From positions 1 to 36,008 of the forward strand of contig CAJVPI010000308.1 in assembly GCA_910592345.1 (NCBI GenBank): 36,008 nt of DNA, given 5' to 3'. The notes beneath the pieces were generated by a model. The model was not told the DNA's origin, made no database searches, and was given only the letters and a program-made list of their open reading frames with translations. Position numbers and translations under genes: made by a program. Numbering within the stretch: the stretch's first letter is position 1; every line of letters starts with the position of its first letter. The stretch comes from Paraglomus brasilianum (Eukaryota). This document shows, in pieces, positions 1-11,643 of the stretch.

Positions 1-71
1 TTACATGCGTGCGAATTCGACATATAATTTACGAAATTTTGTGTTACTCAGTCATTTATGGGAGGGGGCTG
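1..71. mobile_element. Possible terminus of a TA-targeting (Tc1/mariner-like) DNA transposon cut by the window start
   Basis: Ends ...ATGGGAGGGGGCTG|TA (reverse complement TA|CAGCCCCCTCCC), a TA+CAG end. It retains CpGs, unlike the adjacent DNA. No partner end is visible. Confidence 0.3.
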
Positions 72-1641
72 TATATTCCTATCTGAAATGGAACTGATGA
101 TGTGGTATTAAGAATTTGTATGGTATTACTAGGTATAAAAGTTACACCTGTCTTTTTTGTACAAATTTATTATTCCCCTACCACCAAATCAATATCCTTG
201 TTAATTACACCCAACTTCTTTAGTCACTCATCCAATCATAATCTGAACAAATAGCTATGCTTGTACATGTAATACTACCAATATAAATTTTACGAAGTAT
301 TTATAAACACGAGTTGTACTCCATGTCCACACAGTTAAAAAATTTACTTTGATACTATGTTGTCTCCTCACTTACTGGTTATGACAATGCATCTGAATTA
401 GATGCTTTAATTTATCATGCTTTTTTTTACCAGACCCTTTTCAACAAGCATTACCTGCTGCACATACTAATCCTCCTCAAAGTAATCAATTTTTGGATTC
501 TATTGCTTCAACTCAATTCACAACTCTCCCAGATAATCTTCATCAACAAACAATTTTGATATTAAACCCACTTCTTCACAATGTCAATGGGTTGCATTTG
601 CCCACTGATGGTCAGCCTGCCAATTCGTAAACAAAAAACACCAACACAAAGGCAGGAAAACACACAATCATTAATTTGTCACTTGTCGGACTAGCTTACA
701 CCTGGGAGAGCAGTGGTGCACTAGCCGTTTTGGGATTTAGTTCTTTTCCAGTGGAAGCTTTTGCTCAAACTAAATATCTATACAATTAGTAACCTTTAAA
801 CTAAAAAGGATTTATACTCATGATCTGTATATTATTGGTCTTGTATACACTGTCCCTGGATTATTGCTCAAGTATCTCTGTGATTTCTTTGATGGATTAA
901 TCTCAAAGCCTATCAAAATGGGGAATTATACCATCTATTGTGCGCGTTAACAATAATTAAACAATAATCCTGAATGCAAAAAAAAAGTACTAAATAGAAT
1001 TAATTGGCAAGAGTTAATTCTATTCACTGCTGACAGGAAATAATTATATTTGAATTGTATTTTTATTAGAATAAAAGAGAACTATCCTAATGGCAATGTC
1101 TTGCTGAATGATCTGATGATCTGAACGAAGATTTTCTTTTATTATTATGAAAATGGGTAGTTGGTGATTTGGGGGTTCAAATTTGGTTTTTGTATGGGAT
1201 ATATACTCAGGGATGCTACCTACCCTGTATCTTTTTCCTGACCTCAAATGTAATAGTAATTTCCAACAGCAGTTACAAGTTCGGTAGTATGAAGGAATAA
1301 AGTCAAATCTGTACCCCAAATCCTTGCCAATCAATAATAATAATAAGCAATGCTATGGTTCTTTTTCTGGTCCATACTTACAAGTCATAAGGCAGACATA
1401 TCTGTATAATGAAGTAAGAAAGGTTTGCCAGACTGCCAGAAATTGATAAATATGAAGTCTACTCATTGATTATTGGTTGTTTAAATCTGGGGGGATTAAA
1501 AAAATGGCCCAATTTCTTTGAAGATGATTTTCTGACAATCATCTGTTGCACCATTTTCATAGACCAGTCATCATATATGTGTACTAGCATCCCTTGTTTT
1601 GCACATCAAGCAAACTTATGTGTGTGTTGCGTCTGAGTTCA

Positions 1642-1715
1642 GGACCAGTCTCAGTTCCAAACCCAGTCACTCAGTCCAGAACTCAGTTGTGTCAGTCCAG
1701 AACTGAGACAGGTCC
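1642..1715. repeat. Small foldback (MITE-like) inverted repeat
   Basis: GGACCAGTCTCAGTTC (1642-1657) and GAACTGAGACAGGTCC (1700-1715) are 15/16 complementary; internal direct repeat CAGTCCAGAACT occurs twice. Confidence 0.6.
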
Positions 1716-2559
1716 CCAACTGAGGTACACATGTGTAGCAAGTCATCACCTCAATATAAAGTTGCATCATCAGGAGCTGTCACTATTGTGACATATTTTA
1801 GACATTCTTCTTGGACAAGCTGCACCAAGAGCAGAAAGCATTATATATATGGAAAATATTATGCTTTAGTAAGACCAACTCAAACACAATGGAATAGTTA
1901 TTATTTCTGCTTTTGCATCACTAGTCCATAATAAGAGAGCTTTGAAAGTATGAGTCCCATGTTTAATTATAAAACAGAAACTGATTTTTCTCAAAAATGA
2001 CACAGAAACTTGCATTTTTTAAAAATGTCTCAATGAGATTTGCAGGATGTTTGCTGATAACCATGTGACATTTACAACATTTACAACCAGAAAATATTGC
2101 AAACATCTTGTTGTGATGTCACCAACAAATTGCTAAATTTCTATTAGTATCCTGGCAATCTTGTCATAAGATTCTGCTAGATTGTTCAACTTTGTAAAAT
2201 TTCCATGCATCCCTGAAATCTCATGGGCACATCTTCACAATACACTAAAATTAGAATCCTCATGGCAATCAGATAGTAGTGATCTTATTCTGATGTCACA
2301 GGGAGATTTATAAAAACTACAGGTTTCTGTAAAGTACCAACAAATATCGTAACACATGGTGCAATAATCAAAGAATTGGACTCACACTTATTGTCATTCA
2401 TGGCTTATTTCATGCAACTATATAAGCATGGCATGGCCAAGGTGATTTCAGCAAGAATATGGTCTGCTGTCTAGAGTGTCAGTGGAAGCAATGGAAGCAA
2501 CTGTTGTTCATTATGGCTTTCTTCCTTTACCATGGCAGTGTCTTCAATAATAACCTTCC

Positions 2560-2860
2560 TTCACTAAAATTACCCCAAATTGGCTTGTGGGTAGTGGGTA
2601 CAATACTATTATAAAGAGTGGTTCAATACATGGCCATCTGTCATCTTGGCAGAACTCTCAAATTTTCCAGCAAAGAATATCCCATTTGATGATGATACTG
2701 TGTCAAACTTTATATTTACTAACATTCAGGAATATTGGAAGTTTACAACAGAAGTAACAATTGAATTAAGTACTCTTGCAGTTTGGGTATTTTTGATTTG
2801 CATAAATTCTGCATCATGTGAATGCTTGTTTCTTTAATGGACTTTGTACAATAGATTGCA
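2560..2860 (+). pseudogene. hAT transposase remnant (C-terminal dimerization region)
   Basis: Frame reads W-VQYYYKEWFNT..ILAELSNF..PFDDDT..EYWKF..ELSTLAVWVFLICINSASCECLF, matching the hAT dimerization motif (ELxxLAxR...SAxCERLFS). The R>W and R>C changes are expected from CpG decay; stops and frameshifts are present. Confidence 0.7.
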
Positions 2861-3227
2861 GGTAAGTTTATTGTGTTTGACTTAATATTAAAGATGTATT
2901 TAACTATCATTAGACAACAGCTGAAACTTATACTACAATCTGTTAGCTTGGAAAGGTTTTCTCAATGGCACAGAAGATGCAGGCTATAATCATGCAGTTA
3001 AGATGTCACAATAGTTAGAACAACATATACATGTAAATACTGACATACAACAGATTATTGTTTAACATTAAGTAAATTTCCAGCACCTGAACCTGAACCT
3101 CTTCTTTGTAGTATCAAATATTTTTATTAGTTAATAAAATTACACTATTCCTTCTTGGAAAATGTAACTAACCTTGCATTACCTTATCAAGTCACTGTTG
3201 GAAACAATGCAACTTTTGTTGAAAATG

Positions 3228-3366
3228 TGATTATAAAGAGGTTGTGACTATATAGAGGGTTTTTCCTATAAGTTTAATAGTAATTGGTTCTCAAACATTG
3301 TGTGCTTATAAAGAGGTTTTTATATGATATGCTTATAGAGGGGGTGACTATAAAGAGGGTTGACTG
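3228..3366. mobile_element. pogo/Tigger-like element end with subterminal repeats
   Basis: Repeated (GTGA)CT(T)ATA(A/T)AGAGG units ending ...GACTATAAAGAGGGTTGACTG|TA (reverse complement TA|CAGTCAACCCTC). Confidence 0.55.
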
Positions 3367-3735
3367 TATATCAGATCATATTTCATATGTGACCTTTGCC
3401 CACCCACCACCCTTGGATAAGCATGTGCTTTTATATGAAAAGAAAAAAAAAATACACTGCCATTTGTGATGTCGCCTGCTAACAAACAATCATGTGCAGC
3501 ATTCACGTAATTTTTTTTCTCAGCATAAAATCGTCATTTGAACGTTTTCTTTTCGCCAAATTCTGTAAAAAAAAAAAAACTTTCAATTTTCTTATGCTGT
3601 ATATTCATGAATTACAAATTTCCCTTGCTTCGCCTTTCTTTTAAGCCGATCTGATGAATCAGATAAGTGAGTCACATGATAAAATCTTCCTCCGCAGTCA
3701 AGCAAAATCCCATGATCAACGATGTTAATTTTAGA

Positions 3736-4584
3736 TGGTAGTACGGCGTCGCGCATTTAGGCGCCGTGTCGAATTTTGAGTGTCAGGCGCAAAAAATGTT
3801 TCGATTTTTGCGTGTCAGCACAAATACAATTAGCTAAATTAGAATATGATTGGTTCTTTATAGAAATTACGATTGTTAACTAATTTTAACTCCGTTTCGA
3901 TTTTTGAGTGTCGCTAAAAGATATATAAGCGACCCTTATTCCACTGTCGAATTCTCATGTTGTTCATGTTATTATAATAATAGTACCATTCCCTGAAAAT
4001 AATAATCAAATAAACGATTCCCTTTGAAATCGAAATTTTATTTTTCGTTTATCGCTGAAATATTAATTATTTGACCGGACACACTAATAAACGGCTCTAT
4101 CAAGCTGTAAATGTCCATAAACGGCTCTACCAAGCTGTATAAGTTGTCCGCTGATCTATTACTCTTAATTGAGGAACGAGAGCTTATAATTAATTATTGA
4201 AAACGATTATTGTTTAATTAGTTTTATATTGGAGACAAGTGACAGATACCCGACGTCGATACACCAAATCGAAGATAGCCCTATTTAATTATTAAATATA
4301 ATTTATTCCCTTCGATTCTGCAATAAAATAATTGTTGTTGTTATTTTATCGTAGGTACCCTTATTTGGAATTACGAGTGATTGAAGCTCGAATAGGGAGT
4401 TAGGAAGCGCGCATTTTTAATTATTAATAGGTCACTTGTAGATTAGAATTCAGTCTTAATTGACCAACTACCGTAATAAGGGCGGTAGCACGAAGCTAAT
4501 CTGGTAACATCCCCCGGTCGGAAGAACACCCCTACGCGAAAGATTTAATCGCCCTCCCAAACCCCAGACCACCCGACCGTAACA
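3736..4584. mobile_element. Putative solo LTR (~849 bp)
   Basis: TG(GTAG)TACGG...CCGTAACA termini flanked by TTAGA (3731-3735) and TTAGC (4585-4589), a 4/5 TSD match. It has a TATATAAG at ~3922 and internal tandem repeats. Positions ~4392-4584 match a second copy at 35833-36008 in inverted orientation. The left boundary is less certain. Confidence 0.65.
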
Positions 4585-5894
4585 TTAGCGAAAGTAAAAA
4601 AACTTCCTCCTAAGTCTGATAATACAAACCCTTTTCATGAAGAACAGCCAAGGCGGCTTCCTTTTCATCAGATTTGAGACAACAATAATTTGGTGTATTG
4701 TCTGAATTAAAAGTAAAATGTGTGGATTGATTGCCTTTTTCGATTTTATTTGAGCAATTACCATGAACAAACATGGTGTTTACTGTCTTCATAAACACTG
4801 ACATCTCAGTGAAGATAGATTTTACATTGGGGACAAGTGGCAACAATTCTGTCTCATTTTCATTGACCATGCTCATTAACTGTTTTATTCTTCATGGTCA
4901 ATCACCTCCCTCTTTATTTTTAAACTTTTCTAGGGCTTCTCTAAAGATCTTCTTTTTATTTCTTTCTCAACTTGCACATTTATTTAGTTTTTGTTGAACC
5001 ATGTTTTGGGCACAATCTCAACAATAAAATTTGTTAGCTCTTTCTAAATCACAGTGAGATGGATACACTAATATTGTGTGTTTAGAAATCTTATTAAGTT
5101 GAAAAAATTATCCGTTTATGATTCGATTCTAGCAGGCAATATACTGTAACACAATAAGCAGTAGATGCGCCATTCGCTTGCAATAGTCTGTTTATAACTG
5201 TAAAGAAAAGCTCAATTGGCATAAATAGTCGCTTGATTGCACAATTAATACCTCCAATTCAAACCTTCAACGAGATTATAGAAAATAATCGTTTATTACT
5301 CAATCGCCCGACTTCTTCATAACTTTTCGAAAAATAGTACTCGACCCGATAGAGTGACGCAAGGCTTTTCTTATAAGTCAGCTTAAGTATTTGGGGCAGC
5401 TATTTGTTTCTCTTGCGACGAATTAAAAATACCGTTGTTTCGAAAATCAGGACCTGCTTCTTGAGGTATTATATCCTGTAGATGCGATCGAACATGCACG
5501 CAACCTCGCAACCTATTAATGGATACAGGACTGTCGGCACATATTCTCATTCAAAAGAACCTATTCGTAAGGACGTTGTCAAGTTCATAGAAATGTAGTG
5601 ACAAAATAATTTTGTTGGTAGTGTTTAGTTTGTTAGATTTGATACTTTTAAAATGCTATGCTTGCATTAGAAAACATACAGGGCTAACGTGTACACATGT
5701 TCACGTCAATTTATATAACCGACGATGTAAACCACGTGTATCGCACACAATTTCTATTCAGATGCGTTCAGAACGACCTCCAAATCATCATCCGCGTCAT
5801 GATTCCCATAACGCAGATGTTTGAACCAGAAAATTTTATTTAAGCTGACAACGTTTCTTCATTAACCTGATTAAATTAATTACTGCATATTAAT

Positions 5895-6263
5895 ATACAC
5901 CACCTGGGGTGCTGAAAAGTTTTGCGCGTGGACCTTTATTTCCAGAAATTACATAATAATTATCAATACAACTAGTTTATTTCTTCAAAGTACCCTCCAT
6001 TAAACTCTATACAACGTTCAACAAGAAATCAGCTGAAGAATTCAAAAATATGTTTAATGAAAGAACCGGACTTGGCGTTTCTACTAAAACTATTGGGAGA
6101 AATTTACACACGAAATTAATTTTTTCTCTCTCGCGTTTCGACATCCAAATCTTTACTTACTGATCAGCAAAGAGAAAATCGCCTAAACGGGTGTATTGAA
6201 AGAAAGGATTGGTCTATTCGAAAATGGAAGTCCGTTATTTGGAGTGATGAAAGTCGCTTTACC
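5895..6263 (+). pseudogene. Tc1-family transposase remnant
   Basis: After correcting dinucleotide slippage, ~6020-6263 reads NKKSAEEFKNMFNERTGLGVSTKTIGRNLH..SLLTDQQRENRLNGCIERKDWSIRKWKSVIWSDESRFT. This is the Tc1 HTH/linker and first catalytic-Asp motif (WSDESRF). A TIR-like GGGTGCTGAAAAGTTTTGCG lies at ~5907-5926. Confidence 0.85.
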
Positions 6264-7634
6264 AGATTTGAATTCTATTAAACATTTATGTCAAAACTGG
6301 AAAACCCGTTCAAGTTTGCCTAAAATATAAGGAAACTTTATGAAGTGGAAAAGAAGAAAAAAACGCCAAATGTCTGAAACAGTGTTAATAGTTAAAGCAT
6401 AATGTTACAATAGGCAGCTTCAAGATTGAATAAAATTATTAGAAAATAGTTTGTTAAATAAAGATCAAGAAATAAGCAGAATATATTATTCAACAACCAA
6501 AAAATTACCAGCTTTACACAAACTCTTGTAAGTAAAGCCAAAGAAAAGATTAAGGAGAAATTCCAAACTTTTATTATTCAAAAGAATAAGTAAATAATAT
6601 GAGATTAGAATATAGATTCTGGAATAGCAAAGGATGGCTCTCCTTAACTTTAAGTAAAAATTTCTTTATCTAAGATATTCCTGGAGTATTTTGGTATCAT
6701 TGATTTAAAAACGTAAGGCGCAATTTTTCTTAAAATGCTTCTAATAGTGTAATTCTTTGGTTCCATAGTAAATTTAATGTAAATTAGTTCATTTATATAT
6801 ATATATAGATAGATAGGCCTATGTTAAACATGTTATAACTTTAGATTCATCTAATTATAATGTTAGTCGCCTTCTGGTACGTACGTATAATATTAATTTA
6901 AACCCGTAATTTAATAATTTGTGTAATATGTAAGTTATAGCTGTGATACGTACGTAATCAAAATGTTATTATAATTAGTCAACTTTCAGCCACATCATTT
7001 ATGTCACATAATCAAAATGTTCACTTTGTCAGGTTTTGTTGCAGTCATATAATGCCTGATATGTTTGATGTAATGAGTTCAAGTCCTGGAGATTGAAGAG
7101 GTTGAGAAAAGCTTTGATGAACAGTTTCTGTTTTTCGTCTGAATACGGTCATAGTACAAGACAATAACTCTGAAATAGTGTTGTGTGTTTTTTTTTTTTT
7201 AATTTCTCCTTCTTATTCTATAATAATAATAAATGTAGATACAAATCACATGATTAATAATATTATTAGAGATGCTTATTTTGGTGTTTACAATTAGGTA
7301 GAAATCAAAGGGTTTAGAAATTGGCCATAATAATAAATAAAATGTGGTCGTAGCGCGTAGATAGATGATTGTCTACACAATATATACAAGAGCTCGTGTA
7401 CTTTACGCGTCTAAAGGAACAAATATTTGAATTTGAATGCATCCAACGAGTTCTAGTTCGTCAGACAGGGGATGCATCGGAAGTCACTTCAATTATAAAG
7501 TTTAGACTTGAAAATAAACCAGAATGGTTCGTCAAAACAAAATTATCCTTACGGCTAACCAAAGATTTGTAATAATTTATTGTGCATCGATCGTGCATAG
7601 AATACCATAAATCTATAACTACATTAATTTGACA

Positions 7635-8598
7635 TTACGTTTTGGTAAGCGTCTTATCAAGCCATTCTTTAAAACGCTCATAAGTCCATCCGTCGCTGTC
7701 GTTGTTGGGCACAATCAACCCATCAAACAGTACTGTTGGACTCACATGAACCCCATTCTGACGTCCGAGTTTGATATGATATTTCAATTCGGCAGTCACA
7801 CCATTCCCATAATTGCGAGGGTTGTCAGCATCGCCAACACGAAGCAGTTTAAGAAATTCTTCAGGCGAGACCCCGACTGAACCGGCGAGTTTCGATAAAG
7901 ATTCGTGTATTTGAGCGCGACTTTGCGTGTAAGTTACTTCATCAAAATATCTGATCAAGAGTATCGTATTGCAAACAATTCGCTCATAAAATAAACAACC
8001 GAAATAGAACAGCATTATGAAGATGTTTGACTCACTGTTTCTGAGCTTCGTACAGCACTGCAGAGAATTCGTAGAATTTGGACGGATTAAGTTTTTCAAC
8101 AGCTAATGCAGCCTAAATAACGAGTATACTGAAATAAGTAATACAGTGGAAGGAGCCAAATTGAAAACTTGTGCTTACTTCGTTAACTATAGCAGAGACG
8201 GGATGCCAAGCTTGAATTTGTTGGCGAAAGATAAATTGAACTTTATCCGGATATTTCTGGTTGATATAGGGAAAAATTTCCTGCAAGATAATGGGTGTTA
8301 TTTCCTTATCGTGAGACAAAGAAATGATTTGGACTGACTTGACTGACCGTGTGCAGCTTTTTGAACAGTCGTGCAGAAAACGGACACTACAGCAAGGAAA
8401 CTTGCATTAAATAACAAGGCTACGACGGCAATGGATTTCCACAGGCTTGTACATACCACATAGTCCAAGTACGCCTCGAGCACATGCGGGGCTGAAGCAA
8501 GACCGTACCTGTGACCTTTACGGAAGTTAATCAAACCTATACTTAACTCACTAAACTTTGCATATCAGCCTACCAGCGGAGTGAGGGGCAAGTGCCAT
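7635..8598 (-). CDS. Thioredoxin-fold (DsbA/Thioredoxin_4-like) protein, 6 exons
   Basis: GT-AG splicing gives MALAPHSAGHRYGLASAPHVLEAYLDYV|CPFSARLFKKLHT|EIFPY..FRQQIQAWHP..|AALAVEKL..|YFDE..RQNGVHVSPTVLFDG; CxxS motif and cis-Pro loop (SPT). Confidence 0.85.
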
Positions 8599-8651
8599 TG
8601 TTGAAAACGAAAGTGCTTCTTTCAAAGGTTATTCCTCAAATATTTCCCTTG

Positions 8652-8661
8652 ATCACGTGAT
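8652..8661. promoter_or_regulatory. Palindromic E-box (ATCACGTGAT), bHLH site
   Basis: Perfect 10-bp palindrome ~54 nt upstream of the ATG at 8598; a similar TCACGTGAC lies at 33680-33688 upstream of the small minus-strand gene. Confidence 0.45.
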
Positions 8662-9390
8662 TTTCAAAACAATAAATTTCTTTTTACTGAAACACTCTGG
8701 CAAATACATTCTAATCGCCAACACCTTAATACAGTTAATTAATACTTGGGATTTTTTCTACAACAAACCCGTTCTTTAAAAATAATACTCTTCCCAAATA
8801 GTATGAGATATAATACCACGTATATGATAGCGAAAAACGAGGATATCTGCTTTTCCGTTACTAACAGAAATTTATGATAAACATGTGCATCTCGAATTGT
8901 GCAACTTGTCATCCTGATAACGAAGTCGTCTGGCCTGACCGTGTGATACGCAAGCGTTATCACGTTCAACGCAATTAAACTCGGAATTCATACAAGACCC
9001 AACGGTGCTGCTGATTGTGCCTAACGACAGCGAACCTTGTCAAGAATGACTTGAGAGGACGCTTGCGAAATCGTAATGTTGTAGAAATGCAAGAAGTAAG
9101 TGAATTCTATGACATATGATCGGGACTTTCTGGCTTTGCTGATGTATCAAATACTACTAATAAGAACGAAATAGTTATGAACCAATAAAGTATTATTATG
9201 AGGTAATGCTCTTTCGTAAGGACGATTTAATATTTTGAAGCTTTGATGAATCATGCACACCACCGAAGGCACCTTTTTAGCCATACTTGCATTATCCAGT
9301 TTCCTCGGCTATTATCACAATTGAAGTCTATAACAATAAAATGACATTCCAAGGCATCCCCTGTACGACAGGCCATCTGCTGAAATGCAT

Positions 9391-11113
9391 TCAAATATAT
9401 TCAAACACCTTATTCTCTGTAGATGTATAAAGGACATTACTTTTCATAAACCCATTAAATTGGGATGCTGCAGATATAGTATATGCACCCATCTCTTCAA
9501 AATAGAGCCAATCCCCTGGAAATAATTCAGGAAGCCTAGAATCCTTGTTGACACAATCGATAGAGTCGCAAGTTGGACCCCAGACACTGCTCGAATACTC
9601 TGACTCACCAGTCATGGTAGTATCAAAGTAAAATATATCGTCCTTAATAAGGACTTTTGGATGAACAATCTGATGATCAAAAAGGATGCAGTTGAATGCC
9701 CCATACACACCATCATTAATATAATCTTAAACACAAGTAGATAACTCATTAGCATAGTCTTTGTATTAACAGCATGTAAAGCAAACCCTTTGTCGCGCTC
9801 GCAATATCACTCACACATGAAAGACTGTTCATCTCCCGCTAGCTTCTGTTCACTGTCCACGAAATCATTTTCTCCTGCTTCCTGATTTCTCAGAACAGGT
9901 CTTCTAGCAATAATTTGTGTAGCAATAGTATAGGCCGGCGCAGCATAATACCTTCCAGGCTCAGCAATAATGCGTATATCTTCCGGGAAATAGTTCTTTA
10001 ACGCTGTATCGAGTACATTGGCGATTTTTTCGAATGTAATACCATCACCGTTATGCAAGTGAGAGAAACCGCCACCAACGTCGAGGAGACTGAAGTTAAA
10101 GTTGTAGCGTGCTGCTTTGTCAAAAACGACGCGCGCACGCCAAACTGCATCTGCGTAAACTTCTTCGTCGTAGCAGCCACTACCTACGTGGAAGCTATGA
10201 TTGAGATAGAATATCGTAAGATTGACTGGAATGCAATAATCGCCCTCTATTAATTACATACTATTTGATTATTAATTATCATTTTACCTGACACCAATGA
10301 CATCTAGCTCAAGATTTTGTGCAGTTTGCAGTAGTTGATCAACAGATTCCAAGGATGCCCCAAACTTCAGCCCCAACCTGCACAACGATTTAGAATCGTC
10401 TGCTAGTATTCTCAATACTAGTTGTGCACTTGGGAAATGCTGTTTTATCTTATGCAGTTCATCCACATTATCGAAAGTCATCATTCTAACTTCCTTCTGC
10501 GCGGCATAACGAATGAATGATGCTTGTTTGCATGGATTTGCATAAATAATCCTGCCTGGGTCTACGCCCATGCTGAGGATAGTCTGTATTTCCAATTTGC
10601 TAGCGCAGTCGAACCCCACTCCTAACGCGGCAAGGAGTTTCAGCATCATGGAGTCCGGATTACATTTAACAGCTGCAATGTACATAGACAAAAGCGTTCA
10701 GACTCCCAGAAAAGTATTTATATATCATTATCACGTATTTAAGCTATTCTACATTATTACCATTGATTACTGATATACTCGGTCACTTGCATACCATAAA
10801 ACGGTTCAACACGTGGTAAACGAGTTTTCCAGCGCAGATGCTGACGGTAAACTTCACCCAAATCAGCAACGAAAAAGGCATTCTCGGCTTCCAAATCAGA
10901 TTCGTCGCTGACTTTCAACGAGGTAATATGTTGCTTCATCAATTCACTCACGGGTAGATCGCTGATACCAAGCAGATCATCTACAAGCTTAACCTTATTG
11001 AATTTCGATGTGCAGAAGAGATTTGAGCGAAGATGTTCGGATCCACATGTTGATACCGTTGCTGAGAAGCCCTTCATCGATTGATGAGGTGATAAGGTCG
11101 TAGAAATTGACAT
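9391..11113 (-). CDS. SPE1: Ornithine decarboxylase; coding exons 11113-10795, 10672-10288, 10194-9815, 9725-9391
   Basis: PLP-lysine motif PFYAVKCN, GFDCAS, IIYANPCK, SFHVGSG, LDVGGGF, AEPGRYY, YYINDGVYG and catalytic WGPTCD are all intact. Confidence 0.96.
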
Positions 11114-11133
11114 TAGACGATGGTGAAAGGTGT

Positions 11134-11643
11134 TCAGGCGACGCCGGGCCAGGGGGGCGACCGCTATAATGAAAAATTTGTTACCAAGATGCACAAAACA
11201 ACGTTAATCAATGCGAATACAGTCAAACTCCGTTACAGCCAGGCCAATTACAGTTCGATGTAACGGCTTTAATGGCAAATTTTTGAAGCCACTATTCCTC
11301 ATAGTCACAGAGTTAAGAAGTTTACTATGGACCTGAATTGGTTGGCTGTAGGGGAGGCCGACTGTAAAGGTTTAATTATTGTCATGTATATATATTTAAC
11401 TATTTTTTGGAAAAAGTATTCTTGACTATCAGTAAAACTCTAAATACACTGTCTGGTCAAGACTACAGTCGCTGCGTATCTGAATGCTGGTAACGCTCCA
11501 GAATATATGGAGCATCTTGCTTTACTCGGTTTCAGTTGTAGTGAATAGGGCATCATTATATAACGAGTCCGCCTATAATATTTACTAACCTGATGTCCTC
11601 GAAATACGATTAGTTTACCGACTTGTTTTAGTGGTGGCGCCGT
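11134..11643 (-). promoter_or_regulatory. Spliced non-AUG regulatory uORF of ODC: exons 11643-11590 + 11163-11134, (M)APPLKQVGKLIVFRGHQ|RSPPWPGVA*
   Basis: ACG in AAC-ACG-G context. The phase-0 donor CAG|GTTAGT and acceptor TTATAG|CGG join in frame. The PPW motif and TGA lie 20 nt upstream of the ODC ATG, and the upstream leader has no ATG. Confidence 0.7.

Noticed and set aside
1044..1334. 96-aa minus ORF
   Set aside because: It sits in CpG-poor TE debris with no ATG start and no motif I recognise.
2002..2330. Possible MITE with ACAGAAAC...GTTTCTGT termini
   Set aside because: The arms are too degenerate and no clear TSD is visible.
3649..3664. CTGATGA suggesting a hammerhead ribozyme
   Set aside because: It lies within a simple ATCTGAT/ATCAGAT hairpin, with no stem II plus GAAA core.
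4610..5600. Short ORFs and protein-like broken frames
   Set aside because: Stops occur in all frames and no family is recognisable; the strand cannot be assigned.
7050..7572. 67-aa plus ORF and upstream fragments
   Set aside because: No consistent start or splice model could be built; possibly a relic but unsupported.
9391..11113. Antizyme inhibitor rather than ODC
   Set aside because: The PLP lysine (AVKCN) and catalytic cysteine (GPTCD) are intact, so an active ODC is the simpler call.
11114..11194. ORF-track N-terminal extension of ODC (MHLGNKFFII...)
   Set aside because: It starts at GTG inside the predicted leader intron; the first ATG after the acceptor is 11113.
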